A stretch of DNA of 64,000 bases from an uncultured Phycisphaerales bacterium (GTDB taxonomy: Bacteria > Planctomycetota > Phycisphaerae > Tepidisphaerales > Tepidisphaeraceae): NCBI GenBank assembly GCA_963758525.1, contig CAVWVQ010000001.1, forward strand, positions 192,001 through 256,000, in the 5' to 3' direction. The notes under the pieces are model-generated. The model saw nothing but the letters and a program-made list of their open reading frames with translations. It did not search any database and was not told where the DNA came from. Positions within the stretch are counted from its first letter, which is position 1. Every line of letters starts with the position of its first letter. Of the stretch, positions 50,701 through 61,475 are shown one piece after another. The position numbers and the translations under genes are program-made.

Positions 50701-51780
50701 TCATTTCCCCGCGACATGAGCCTCGACGATTTGCTGCAGTCGTTCGTCAAACGCGCGGCAGGCGCCCAGAGCGTCAAAGCTGTGGAAGAGCTGGCGAAAC
50801 TCGGCGACCGGGGGTTGCGGGGACTCGCGCAAAACCTCTGTCAGGCGGCTGGACAGCGCGTCGGCGCTGAGCTCGTACAGATAATTGCCCTGAGTCTCGA
50901 AGTCGCCGGGGAGCAGTTCCAGATAGCAGCCGGCGGCGGGGAGCAGCGGCCAGCAGCCGGCGACCATGCCGCGGATGCCGAGGTAGTCGCTGGGGGCGAA
51001 TCGCTTGACGCTGAGGAAGATTCCGGCTTCGAGGAGGCCGATCATCTGGCCGTCTTCGTCGGTCTCGCTGATCGTCCGGCGATCGAACTGCTCGGCGAGG
51101 TGCTCGACCGGGCCGGTGGTGATCAATTTGAATTTTTCGCCGCGGCGGACGAGCCGTTCCAGCGAGTCGTTGAGCAACTCCATGTCGACATCACGCGTCT
51201 CTACGAAAATCGCCCGCGGGTTGCGAACCGGCTTGCGAGCCGGAGAGATCGCGTTGGCCGCGCCCAGGTCGATCGGCTCGAGCATCACCCGGGCCTTGCC
51301 GCGCACGTGCGGCAAGGGATTTCGGCTGGAAAGCTCGGCGTGCCTCGTGACGACCGCGGCGGCACGCTCGATGAAAGTTTCAAGGTGATAGGACGAGTTG
51401 AACCAGATTTCCGTCGCGGCGGCCGCGGTGTTGAGATTGACCAGCTCAAGCGCCCCGCCGTCGGCGCCGGGACGGGGAAGCTCGTTGGAATGGAAATAGA
51501 CGACCGACGGCTTCCTGGCCAGCACGGGCATCATGCGATTCAGATTGGCCAGGTTCAGCGCCTCGCTGGTGAAGAGCAGATCGACGCTGCCGGCCCAGTG
51601 ACGCGTGAGTTGTTCGGCAAACCAGTTGGCGGCGGCCGTGAGCCGGCGCTCGATTCGCCGCGGCGGAAGCTTCAGGAGCGTCCAGCGATGACGGCTGCAG
51701 CGGATGACGGTTTCGAGCATCGCGCGGTGCGCGCCGCCGTAGAACGGTTCCAGCGCCAGAATGTCCAGTTGCCGAGGCAT
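50701..51780 (-). CDS. DUF3524/GTDC1-like glycosyltransferase
   Basis: LEPFYGGAHR, VYFHSNEL, IWFNSSYH. Confidence 0.8.
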   Translation of the reverse strand: MPRQLDILALEPFYGGAHRAMLETVIRCSRHRWTLLKLPPRRIERRLTAAANWFAEQLTRHWAGSVDLLFTSEALNLANLNRMMPVLARKPSVVYFHSNELPRPGADGGALELVNLNTAAAATEIWFNSSYHLETFIERAAAVVTRHAELSSRNPLPHVRGKARVMLEPIDLGAANAISPARKPVRNPRAIFVETRDVDMELLNDSLERLVRRGEKFKLITTGPVEHLAEQFDRRTISETDEDGQMIGLLEAGIFLSVKRFAPSDYLGIRGMVAGCWPLLPAAGCYLELLPGDFETQGNYLYELSADALSSRLTEVLRESPQPPVAEFRQLFHSFDALGACRAFDERLQQIVEAHVAGK

Positions 51781-51850
51781 CGATCAGTGTTCCCCGTGGG
51801 CGGCCAGTATTTGCATGTGCCATGTGACGCGAATTGAACAAGGCTCCAAT

Positions 51851-51906
51851 TGTGGTGCAGGCTTCCAGCCTGCCTTTCGACGATGGCAGGCCGGAAGCCC
51901 GCACCA
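51851..51906. repeat. REP-like doublet
   Basis: gtggtgcaggcttccagcctgc...gcaggccggaagcccgcaccac. Confidence 0.6.
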
Positions 51907-51952
51907 CCCCGGGGCACATACGATTGCCACGTTTGCACGGCTCGCTCGAATC

Positions 51953-53283
51953 TTAGTCGGTAAGCCGGTCCATGAGAAATCCCCTGATCTGGTCAATGCC
52001 GATCCGCTGCTGGCGCATCGAGTCACGTTCCCGGAGAGTGACTGTCTGATCTTCCGCAGTCTGGCCGTCCACAGTGATGCAAAAGGGCGTGCCGGCCTCG
52101 TCCTGACGGCGGTATCGCCGCCCCACCGCGCCCTTCTCATCGTAGAAAACGGGCCAGTGCTTTTGCAGATCGTGATAGATCGCCATCGCCCGCTCCGGCA
52201 TTCCCTCTTTTTTCACCAGCGGGAAGATCGCCGCTTTCATCGGCGCGAGGCGCGGCTTGAATCGCAGCACGGTTCGCATCTCCCCTTCGACCTGCTCCTC
52301 GGCATAGGCCTCGCACAAAAACGCCAGCGTCGCGCGCGTGGCCCCCGCCGCCGGCTCGATGACATGCGGAACGAATCGCTCCTTGGTTTCGTCGTCGAAG
52401 TAACTGAGGTCCTTGCCGCTGAATTTGATGTGCTGCTGCAGGTCGTAGTCGCCGCGGTGAGCGATGCCCTCCAGTTCGCCCCATCCCCAGGGGAATTTGT
52501 ATTCGATGTCGCTGGTGCCGCTGGAATAAAACGCCAGCTCGTTCTTTTCGTGCTCGCGGAGGCGCAGGTTTTCGCCGGCCAATCCCAATTGCTGATACCA
52601 GGCGAAACGCCGGTCGCGCCACTGGCGATAGGTGTCCTGGCTGTCCTGCGGCTTGCAGAAATATTCGATCTCCATCAACTCGAATTCGCGCGAGCGGAAG
52701 ATGAACTGCTTGGGCGTGATCTCGTTGCGGAAGGCCTTGCCGATCTGCGCGATGCCGAACGGCAGTTTCACGCGCGTCGAATCGCAGACGTTTCTGAAGT
52801 TGACGAACATCCCCTGCGCCGTCTCGGGCGCAGATAGACCGTCGCGGCATTCTCTTCCACCGGGCCGACAAACGTTTTGAACATCAAGTTGAACTTGCGG
52901 GCGTCGGTTAGCTGGCAGTCCGCGAACTGCCCGGGCGGCTTCGAGGGTTTTCGCGGGCAGGCGCTCTCGGCGATCTGATCGGCACGAAACCGCGCCTGGC
53001 AAGTCTTGCAATCCACCAGCGGATCGGTGAACGCCGCTTCGTGCCCGCTGGCCTGCCAGACGGTGCGGTTCATCAGAATAGCTGAGTCGAGGCCGACGAC
53101 ATCGTCGCGGGTGGTGACGTTGTCATGCCACCATGCGTTCTTGACGTTGCGCAGCAATTCGACGCCCAGGGGGCCGTAATCCCAGGTTCCGGTGAGTCCG
53201 CCGTAGATTTCGGAGCCGGGGTAGACAAAGCCGCGGCGTTTGCAAAGGGAGACGAGTTTGTCCAGCGTTCCAGCTTCAGCCAT
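51953..53283 (-). CDS. glyQS: Glycine--tRNA ligase, alpha2 type (frameshift near 52830)
   Basis: LCKRRGF, WDYGPLG, YLRPETAQG (split by the shift), [20 protein letters not shown]. Confidence 0.93.
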
Positions 53284-53608
53284 GATGAACGACCTCCGAC
53301 CCCGCGACAGCCGCGGTTGCCGCTCCGCAGCGCCTCGCGTGGCAAAATCCCGGGAGGACACCCTTCATTCCTCCCCTGGTGCGCCCGGGGAGGATTGAGG
53401 TCGGGACAGACGGTGCGGATCGCAAGATATGGCTCCGTTAGCCGTTTAGAGCCGGTTTCATTACCCCCTCTCCCGGATTGCCGGCAGAGGGAGTAGGTCG
53501 CTCGAAGTTCTGAAACGTCCTCTTGGCCCGCAGCAGGCCCAAAGGCGTATTTCACGATTTCAGCGCGCTCCGTGCGCGTCGCGGCTAAACAGGGATCTGA
53601 AGCTGCCT

Positions 53609-53938
53609 CTAAGCTTTCGCGGCCGCGGCTTTCGCGGCCTTTTTGCCGGTCGCTTTGGGTGCCACCGGCTTGGCGACGCGTGCCGCGTTGAGACGCAGGG
53701 CGAGCCGGCTGCGCTTGCGGGCGGCGGTGTTCTTATGAATGGTCCCCTTGGCAGCCACCTTGTCGAGTCGGCGCGTCACCTGCCGCAGTTCAGTCTCCGC
53801 CTTGGCAAAATCGCCCGCCGTGAGCGCTGCCGAGAAATTCTTCACCACCATTTTAATCGCTTCCTTGCGGGTGCGATTGCGGATGCGTCCCTTGATGTTC
53901 TGACGGACGCGCTTCTTTGCCGATAACGAATGGGCCAC
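53609..53938 (-). CDS. rpsT: 30S ribosomal protein S20
   Basis: SAKKRVRQ...LDKVAAKGTIHKNTAARKRSRL. Confidence 0.95.
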   Translation of the reverse strand: MAHSLSAKKRVRQNIKGRIRNRTRKEAIKMVVKNFSAALTAGDFAKAETELRQVTRRLDKVAAKGTIHKNTAARKRSRLALRLNAARVAKPVAPKATGKKAAKAAAAKA

Positions 53939-54035
53939 GGTTGCAGTCTCCTTCGATTTCCTCTAATTCCACCACGCTCGCAGCGCGGGCTCTCAAGCAT
54001 AAGGCGGAGGGGGGATTTGTCCAGTGAGGCGTCGG

Positions 54036-54256
54036 GGTTTCAGGGGGTCGAGAGGGTTCAGGGTGTCAGGGTTCAGGGTGTCAGGGTTCAGGAGTGTCAC
54101 GTATTTCCTGCATCGTGAGGTCGAGAACGTTCAGAGTTTCCGGTGCATTGAGTCCAGGGAGAGCACCCGTCTTTCCTGAACCCTGACACCCTGACACCCT
54201 GAACCCTGACACCCTGAACCCTGACACCCTGAACCCTCTCGATGCCCTGAACCCTC
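54036..54256. repeat. Inverted arrays of CAGGGTT/CAGGGTGT short repeats
   Basis: Tandem units at about 54040-54092, reverse complements at about 54175-54256. Confidence 0.7.
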
Positions 54257-54283
54257 CCGGCATTCTGCAAGCCATCGGCAACC

Positions 54284-55699
54284 CTACGTCGCCGCAGCGG
54301 CTCGAAGCCGCTTGATGCGCGTCTGCACGTCCCGGTAATTGAAATCCCACTGCGCGATCTGACTGTAGGCTTTGATTGCCGTGGGAATTTCCTTCTGCTG
54401 TTCGAGCGCGCGGGCATACCAGTAATACATCTCGCGCGAGCGCTCGTCTCCCTTGGTCGGGTACTCGTCGATGATGGCCTTGAGCGTCTCGGACGCCTCG
54501 TCGACGAAGCCTGCTTCGAGGAACGCTTCGCCGAGCATCATCGAGGCGTTGATCTTGAACTTCGGATCGGACCGCACGCCCTGGAAAACCGGAATCGCTT
54601 CCTGGAATTGCTTGAGGGCAAACAGCCTGCGCCCGACCTGATAGCGCGCTGATGCATCGGTCGGGTAAGCCTCGGCCAACAGCCGATACTCTTCCAACTC
54701 CATCCTGGTCTTTTCCAGCACAAACTCGCGAAGGGTCTGCTGCACTTCGACGTCAGTCGGATCGGCGGCCAATTGCTCCCGCAGGCTGCGCTCCATGCGG
54801 GCCATCTGCGCCATGCGGATCTCGCCCACCTTCTGGCGATAGCGATACTGCTTGGTTTCCTCGAAGAATCCTTCGAGAATCTCGACCGCCCTTTCCTCGT
54901 ATTCGGCCTTCTCCGTGCGGCGCAGGGCATCGATGTATTTCGTGAGCTTCCCCGCGTCCTGCGGATCGCCGCGCCATTCCAATTCGGCGTCGTTGACCGC
55001 GCGAACCAGATGATCGACGCTCTGAACGTCCCGGTCGTTCTCCAGCAATTTATTCTGAAGACTCGCGTCCTTCATGCTCTCGCGGAAGCTCTTGGCTTCG
55101 CCGTAGCCGCCCTTGCTCATGGTGTGCTGCGCGCCGAGATTTTTCATCTCCGTCTGCAGGGCCATGTCGTTGGGCCGCATCTTCATGGCGTATTGGCAGG
55201 CGTCGGTCGCCAGCTTCCATTCGCCAAGCTGCTTGTAGATGTCCTTGAGGGTGATGAACTTGGCGACGTCGGGGCTCTTTGAGTCGGCGTTGGATTTCTG
55301 CAGGATCGGGCCGACCCACATCACCGTGTCGAAGTAGCCGGCGCGATGGGCATTTTGCAGGATCTGCAGCAGATAGTCGGTGTTGCCGGGGTCATACGAG
55401 ACAAGCATCTCGAAGTTGAGCATGTTCTGCTTGTCATCTTTGCTGACCTTCTGCAGCTTCATCCGATCCAGCATTCCCAGTGACTTGCCGCCGCTGGCCT
55501 TGCGCCGCATGGCAATCTCGCGCAGAGCTCGATGGGCCTCGATCTCTTCGGGGTCGAGCTTCAGCCCGGAAATATACATTTCGATCGCGTATTCGTAATT
55601 GCCGGTATCAGCGACGGTCTTTCCGCGATCGAAGAACGCCTTTGCCTTGCGGCGGTCCTCCTCGGGAATATTCGCATAGCCTTCGGGAAGTTGCGGCAC
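54284..55699 (-). CDS. Tetratricopeptide repeat protein
   Basis: GNYEYAIEMY...LKLDPE, YYWYARALE...AIKAY...NYRDV. Confidence 0.8.
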   Translation of the reverse strand: MPQLPEGYANIPEEDRRKAKAFFDRGKTVADTGNYEYAIEMYISGLKLDPEEIEAHRALREIAMRRKASGGKSLGMLDRMKLQKVSKDDKQNMLNFEMLVSYDPGNTDYLLQILQNAHRAGYFDTVMWVGPILQKSNADSKSPDVAKFITLKDIYKQLGEWKLATDACQYAMKMRPNDMALQTEMKNLGAQHTMSKGGYGEAKSFRESMKDASLQNKLLENDRDVQSVDHLVRAVNDAELEWRGDPQDAGKLTKYIDALRRTEKAEYEERAVEILEGFFEETKQYRYRQKVGEIRMAQMARMERSLREQLAADPTDVEVQQTLREFVLEKTRMELEEYRLLAEAYPTDASARYQVGRRLFALKQFQEAIPVFQGVRSDPKFKINASMMLGEAFLEAGFVDEASETLKAIIDEYPTKGDERSREMYYWYARALEQQKEIPTAIKAYSQIAQWDFNYRDVQTRIKRLRAAAAT

Positions 55700-55843
55700 G
55701 GTACAATCCAGAAAAAGTTAACGGACTCAATGGCAGGCGTCCGGCGATACCAAACTCGGGAAGCGCAGTTTGCTCGCACGAATGTACGCGCTTTGCACAA
55801 ACCCTGTCAACAATTTGATCTGTCCATTAAACTCGCGTGCTAA

Positions 55844-56428
55844 ATGGTAGGCCTCGACTCCCCCACCGTCATGCCCGAACCGCTCCGGATCATCTTCTGG
55901 CCCGATCCCCGTCTGAAGCGCATCAGCCAGCCAGTGGAGGCCTTCGACCAGGAGCTGCGCGAGCTGACCGCGCGCATGTTTGAACTGATGCGCGAGAACA
56001 AAGGCGTCGGCCTCGCCGCGCCCCAGGTCGGGGTGAATCTCCGGCTTTTCGTCATGAACGCCACCGGCGACCCAGCCGACGATCGCGTGTATGCGAATCC
56101 CACCCTTTCCGACGCGGACGGTGAAGAGGAAGACGAAGAGGGCTGCCTCAGCCTCCCTGAAATCCGAATCCAGGTGCTGCGCAACAGGACCATGCGCATG
56201 GCGGCATTCGATCTGGAAGGCAAGCCGCTTGAGCAGACCGCGAGCGGATTTGTTGCCCGCGTCTGGCAGCACGAGTTCGACCATCTCAACGGCATCATGC
56301 TCGTCGATCGCATGGGCCCGGTGGCGCGGATGGCCAACCGCCGGCTCCTGAAGGATCTTGAAGACAAGTATGAACTGGAGCATCCCCGGCCGGCCCGCCC
56401 GGCTCCAAAGCGAAAGCCGCGCAAGTAA
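55844..56428 (+). CDS. def: Peptide deformylase
   Basis: GVGLAAPQ, EGCLS, QHEFDHLNG. Confidence 0.96.
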   Translation: MVGLDSPTVMPEPLRIIFWPDPRLKRISQPVEAFDQELRELTARMFELMRENKGVGLAAPQVGVNLRLFVMNATGDPADDRVYANPTLSDADGEEEDEEGCLSLPEIRIQVLRNRTMRMAAFDLEGKPLEQTASGFVARVWQHEFDHLNGIMLVDRMGPVARMANRRLLKDLEDKYELEHPRPARPAPKRKPRK

Positions 56429-56434
56429 TCTGAC

Positions 56435-57373
56435 ATGGGCTCACTTCGCGTCATTTTTGCGGGAAGCGGCGAGTTCGGACTCCCCTCGCTGGCTGCGCTG
56501 ATCGAGTCGGAACACAAGCTGGTGCAGGTGATCACGCAACCCGACCGCCCCGCCGGTCGAGGACGTGCGCTCTTGCCGACTCCGATCGGGGCTGCTGCCA
56601 CCGCGGCGCACCTGCCGGTGCTGAAGACTGCCGACATCAATCGTGAAAGCCTGCCGCAAGCGGATCTCATGCTGGTCATCGCGTTCGGTCAGAAAATCGC
56701 GCCGGCGCAGGTCGATCACGCCCGGCTGGGGAGCATCAATCTTCACGCATCGCTCCTGCCCAAATATCGCGGCGCGGCCCCGATCAACTGGGCGATCATC
56801 CGGGGGGAAACGGTTGCCGGCAATTCAATCATCCGCTTGGCCGAGCGAATGGATGCCGGCGCGATCCTCGCGCAATCGTCGCTGGGCATCGGGCCAGTCG
56901 AAACCGCCGGCGAGTTGCACGATCGCCTGGCGGTCGATGGTGCTCTGCTGGTGCTCCGAACGCTTGCGGCATTATCTGACGGAAAGAGCAACGAGGTGGC
57001 GCAGGACGAATCGGCAAGGACGCTTGCGCCAAAGCTCTCGCGGGAAGCGGCGGCTCTCGATTTTAATCACCCCGCCGACGAGATAGCGCGCCGGATTCGC
57101 GGCCTCTACCCCTGGCCCGGCTGCCGGGTCGCTTTGCGGGACGGAGCCAACACGCAGATCGCCCGTCTGAGATTGGTCCGTGCCCGCCCCGCCGTCGATG
57201 ATGAAGGCGAGCGCTGGCAACCGGGCGAAGTGATGATGTCGGCAATGATCAGAACGCCGCAGGGCGCATTGGAAATTCTCGAAGTTCAACCCGAGGGCCG
57301 CACTCCGATGTCGCTTGCCGATTATCGTCGTGGACACCGCTGGGAGCCGGGAATGAATCTAACGCCGGTATAG
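56435..57373 (+). CDS. fmt: Methionyl-tRNA formyltransferase
   Basis: TQPDRPAGRG, INLHASLLPKYRGAAPI, MDAG, PWPG. Confidence 0.95.
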   Translation: MGSLRVIFAGSGEFGLPSLAALIESEHKLVQVITQPDRPAGRGRALLPTPIGAAATAAHLPVLKTADINRESLPQADLMLVIAFGQKIAPAQVDHARLGSINLHASLLPKYRGAAPINWAIIRGETVAGNSIIRLAERMDAGAILAQSSLGIGPVETAGELHDRLAVDGALLVLRTLAALSDGKSNEVAQDESARTLAPKLSREAAALDFNHPADEIARRIRGLYPWPGCRVALRDGANTQIARLRLVRARPAVDDEGERWQPGEVMMSAMIRTPQGALEILEVQPEGRTPMSLADYRRGHRWEPGMNLTPV

Positions 57374-57788
57374 GGGTGCCCGTGCCAGCGCAGCGCACGC
57401 CGTACCGCGTCGGAACGCGAAACGCCAGGCAGAAAATCATCAGGCCGCAGGAGAGAGTAAAGGGGACGTGGCAGAAGACAACCGGACGTAGCAGAAGACA
57501 ATCGAACGCGCAGGGAACGCGGCGATGGGTGTGACACTTTCGGGCGGACTCTCTTTTCCCCTCCCCTGGTATTCCGGGGGAGCGTTAGGGTGGGGGCTCG
57601 ATGGGAACGGCGTGGAGAGGCGATCGAGCGCTTGGGGACACCACCGCCCCCACCCCGAGTACCAGGGGAGGGGGAAAGGCCAGGCCCGCGGAAAGCATCG
57701 CGCACCCCGCGGAAAGTGTCGCGCACCCTGCGGAAAGCGTCGCGCACCCCGCCGCGATCTTCGGTCGACGGCTGACTGATCAAAGGTA

Positions 57789-58673
57789 TCACGGCGTCGT
57801 CAGCCCGTAGGCTTCCACGGCGGTTTCGCCGAGAATCCTCTGCTGCTCGTCGGACGTCAACGTCGCGATGAAATCGCGCACCACGGCCTGCCAGCGGCCA
57901 TAGTCGCAGGCAAGCAGACACACCGGCCAGTCAGATCCCATCATCAATCGCTTGGGGCCGAACGCCTGCAACGCCACGTCAAGATAGGGGCGAAGCTGGG
58001 CTGGGGTCCAGTTGTGATGATCCGCCTCGGTGACCATGCCGGAGATTTTGCAGTAGACGTTGGGACGGCGGGCGAGGTCGATCAGCCTTTCGCGCCAGGG
58101 CGAAATTTCTCCTTGGGCAATTCTCGGCTTGGCGACATGATCGAGCACGAAAATCTGCCGGGGATGGCGATCGACCAGTTCGATGGCGGCTTGAAGCTGC
58201 CGCTCGTAGATCAGGATGTCGTAGCGCAGTCCGAACTGGCGGAGCAGGCCAATGCCGCGATTGAAGTCGTCGCGCGCGAGATATTCGTTGGGCTCGTCCT
58301 GCAGCACGTGCCGAACCGCGATGAGTTTTTTGCGATCGACCAGCCGGTCGAGCTCGGCGGCAATTCGATCCGAAATCAACGGCACCCAGCCGACGACGCC
58401 GCGAATGAAGCTCGCGTTTTCTTCCTGCTCCGCCAAGTCGAGCAGCCAGTCGGTTTCCGCCACGGTCTGGCGAGCCTGGACCGAAATCACGCCGTCAACT
58501 CCCGCGGCGTTGGCCGCCTCGCGCAGGTCCGGGGGAAGAAAATCCCGCCGAAGAACGCTCATCGCGTCGTTGATCCAACCGTATTCGAGGGCGGTGTATT
58601 TCCAAAAGTGATGATGGGAGTCGATTGTGGTCATGGCTGCGTTGAGAATCGGCTCACAATGCGAAAAACGCAA
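57789..58673 (-). CDS. Amidohydrolase_2 family (L-fuconolactonase-like)
   Basis: IDSHHHFW, VLDHVAKP, CKISG, GSDWPVC. Confidence 0.85.
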   Translation of the reverse strand: MRFSHCEPILNAAMTTIDSHHHFWKYTALEYGWINDAMSVLRRDFLPPDLREAANAAGVDGVISVQARQTVAETDWLLDLAEQEENASFIRGVVGWVPLISDRIAAELDRLVDRKKLIAVRHVLQDEPNEYLARDDFNRGIGLLRQFGLRYDILIYERQLQAAIELVDRHPRQIFVLDHVAKPRIAQGEISPWRERLIDLARRPNVYCKISGMVTEADHHNWTPAQLRPYLDVALQAFGPKRLMMGSDWPVCLLACDYGRWQAVVRDFIATLTSDEQQRILGETAVEAYGLTTP

Positions 58674-58724
58674 GGCGCGGGAAGCGTTTGCGGCTTCGAT
58701 GTCACTTGCGAGGTTCGGCGACGA

Positions 58725-59228
58725 TCACGCCGGCAGCTTCCTGTTATTCGACGTTGCCGGCGGCACGGGCGTCGGCGGGAGATGCAGCTCGATTCGGCCC
58801 ATCACTAGGCGGGCGGTCGGCTCGGACCCGAACAGCCCGACGTTCACACGGCAGCGGCACAGCGTCGGCGTCCGTCGCTCAAGATTCACTTCGATCCTTG
58901 ATTTCCAATCGTCTTCGAGCTGGAACAACCAGACGTCGCCGCGCTTGCTTTGGCTGCAGTCGTGAACAATCTTGAGGTGCAGGTCGGCCGCGGCGCGGCG
59001 GACGGCGTCTTCGACCTGGCTGGAGTCGGCCATGAAGGCGGTGTCGAGCTTGCCGGCGGCGTATACCGCCGGGCCGGTGGAAACGGCCGCGCCGGCGATG
59101 TCGAAGACGGCCCCGAGCGTCGCCACCGGGATCAGCGCACATCCGCCGCAGAACGGCGCAATCGCGACGGCGAGGGTGATCAGCCGCGCGAGTCGAAAAA
59201 CCGCCTGAGGCCTGCTTGCGAGAACCAT
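58725..59228 (-). CDS. DUF3568-like lipoprotein
   Basis: GGC lipobox, YAAGKL, RVNVGLFG. Confidence 0.6.
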   Translation of the reverse strand: MVLASRPQAVFRLARLITLAVAIAPFCGGCALIPVATLGAVFDIAGAAVSTGPAVYAAGKLDTAFMADSSQVEDAVRRAAADLHLKIVHDCSQSKRGDVWLFQLEDDWKSRIEVNLERRTPTLCRCRVNVGLFGSEPTARLVMGRIELHLPPTPVPPATSNNRKLPA

Positions 59229-59321
59229 GAGTTACGGAATGTACGGGCAGCTGCGTCGTTTGGCATCGTACAAATACGCCGATTGGGTGTGACGCTCAAT
59301 TGCGGCGATTGGCCGCTCTTG

Positions 59322-59440
59322 CCCCCTCTCCTGGTACGCCGGGAGAGGGTCGGGTTGAGGGTGATTTTGGTTCGTCGGACGCCGTCGGTGCTCGAAATCA
59401 CCCTCACCCTATCCCTCTCCCGGCGTACCGGGAGAGGGGA
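59322..59440. repeat. Inverted pair of CCCTCTCCC...GGGAGAGGG extragenic palindromes (related copies near 26690-26730 and 57557-57675)
   Basis: ccctctcctggtacgccgggagaggg...ccctctcccggcgtaccgggagaggg. Confidence 0.7.
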
Positions 59441-59515
59441 CCGGAGGGCGTTCGCCGCAAACAAGATGCATGAAGGATTGCACGGGTCACGTCTGTTACA
59501 CCGTGCCGATGGCGG

Positions 59516-60336
59516 CTATCGGGAGAGGTGCAGCGACTGCGGCAGTTCCAGCCGGCCGGCATGGACCGCGAACCAGATGCTCCCCGCGATCGCGAGCCCG
59601 ATGAAACCGACGACCGCGGCACCCAGCAATGCGCGCCGGCGGGGAGTGCGGGCGATCGAATCGGGAGCATCTTCCGGTTGAACGAGATCGCGCGATTCGA
59701 GAAAGGCCGCGAGCCTGCTGCCGAGGTCGCGCAGCGTGGTCTTCTGCTGCCTGGCGGTGGAAAAGATCCTGCCGAGGGGAGTGTCAGATTCCCCGCGCAT
59801 CTGCATGACATAACAGAGCAGGGCCATGACCGATTCGGCGTCAACCGCAGGTTCGCAATAGAGCAACGGGCTCACGTGCGTCAGCCGAATGCCCGCGCCG
59901 GGACGGACGATGATATTGCCGGCCACCAGCGCGCCGTGAATGATCCCCTGCAAATGGAGCGAGGCGGTCGCCAGGGCCAACTCGCGCACGGCAAACGCGA
60001 TCTCGCGGGCGCGCGGCCCGGCGCGGCAGCGTACTGGTCGAACGGAATGCCATCGACGAATTCCCAGATCAGATAGGCCGCCGGCCCATCGCGTCCGACG
60101 CCGTGCAGATTGGCGACGCCGCCGTGCGGAAGCTCGCGCACCCGGCAGAGTCTTTCGCGGATGCTCGGATGGAGCAGCCCGTGCAGCAGGCATTCTTCGT
60201 CGAGCTTCTTCAGGACGATCCCGCGCCCGCCGGGACCGATGGCGAGGTATGTCCTACCCGCCGCGAGGGTCGCGGCGACGCTGTAGCCGCACAGGTCGGT
60301 CGGCGCGTCCGCTGGGCTCTGGGCCGGAATTTCCAC
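59516..60336 (-). CDS. Degenerate Ser/Thr kinase-like membrane protein (frameshift near 60020)
   Basis: IVLKKL, YLIWEFVDG, LHLQGIIHGAL...GNIIV, C-terminal TM. Confidence 0.6.
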
Positions 60337-60466
60337 GCAACTCCCCGATCACGCGATGGTGATTCTTCGATTCAGAGAGATGTCCTGAACAAAACCACCC
60401 TTCGACGCGGCGGATGATCCATCGACAGCGGGCATGGGATTGCTCCTTTCAACAGGTGCGACGAGT

Positions 60467-61258
60467 CTAGCTCCTTCGCGAAGAGACGCTCGTTCCGACA
60501 TCGGGAGCGATGGATTCATACTCCGGGCGAGCAATACACTGATCTTTCTCGACACTCGTAACTTTCATTGGGACTGGCTGATTCTTCAGGGAGAGCCAAA
60601 GCCGCATCCCGACAAACACCCGGTTGTCCGTTCCCAAATCGATGGTCATTTCATGATCGGCGATGAACTGGCCGGCTTTGTTCGCTGCCGCCTTTTCCGC
60701 GGCGGAAATCTCTTTGACGCTTGTGACGTGCCCGGTGACCGGTGCGGGAAGCAGCATGCCAGCCCACTGGGCTGGAATCGCGGGCAAGCCTGAAACCGGC
60801 TTCTTCCAGTCATTGAGACGGAGCAGGGCGGTGGGATTCCAGTCATCAGTTCGCGGCTCAATTCCGCCGTTTACGTCATTGCAGAAGTCCACCATGTTTT
60901 CCTGATAAACCAGGTACGCCCTCTTGCCCCACTCGATCGGGATGAGCTTTGAATACGCCTTCTGGATGTCCACTCCGAGCTGCACCTGTCCATCGACCAC
61001 CCGCGCGGATCCGTCGGTGCGATCGGCGCCGGTGCACGTGCTGCACTCCAGCGAAAAGGTGTTGTCCGAATGAAGCTTCAGCAGGAGACCGCTGCCGCGA
61101 ATTCCGCCCTCTCCGGTGGTGAATGAGGCGTTCGGCAGAGTAATGTCCGGCTGGCGTCCGTTGGATGCCACTGCGCGATGCGAGCTTGCGGGAAGAGACG
61201 AGAGTGCAACGAGAAGTGCGAAACCGAACCTAACCCGTCGAAGCGGATCGAAACGCAT
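60467..61258 (-). CDS. Secreted hypothetical protein
   Basis: Signal peptide; 263-aa ORF. Confidence 0.6.
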   Translation of the reverse strand: MRFDPLRRVRFGFALLVALSSLPASSHRAVASNGRQPDITLPNASFTTGEGGIRGSGLLLKLHSDNTFSLECSTCTGADRTDGSARVVDGQVQLGVDIQKAYSKLIPIEWGKRAYLVYQENMVDFCNDVNGGIEPRTDDWNPTALLRLNDWKKPVSGLPAIPAQWAGMLLPAPVTGHVTSVKEISAAEKAAANKAGQFIADHEMTIDLGTDNRVFVGMRLWLSLKNQPVPMKVTSVEKDQCIARPEYESIAPDVGTSVSSRRS

Positions 61259-61475
61259 TGCGTGATTATACCCTCGTCTCGGCGATTGCGTCGTCCTGCA
61301 CGGAAGGTTTCCGCGCCGACATTCTCGCTCCGGATGTTCTCTGTGGTTGGCGGCCTATCGATCGGATCGCGAGCGACATAACACGCGCAAAAACCGGCGC
61401 GTCGCATCCTCGCACAAATTGCGAGATGCGACGCGCCGGTTTAAAGCAGCACGATCCATTAAGGTCCTATCGCGA

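Noticed and set aside
51953..53283. glyQS, rsmD, pspA and rep as true pseudogenes or programmed frameshifts
   Set aside because: Single-base shifts occur throughout the window, including in an essential gene. Sequencing indels are the simpler explanation.
53284..53600. T-box or riboswitch upstream of glyQS
   Set aside because: Several hairpins are present, but I could not find a T-box consensus or a terminator/antiterminator pair.
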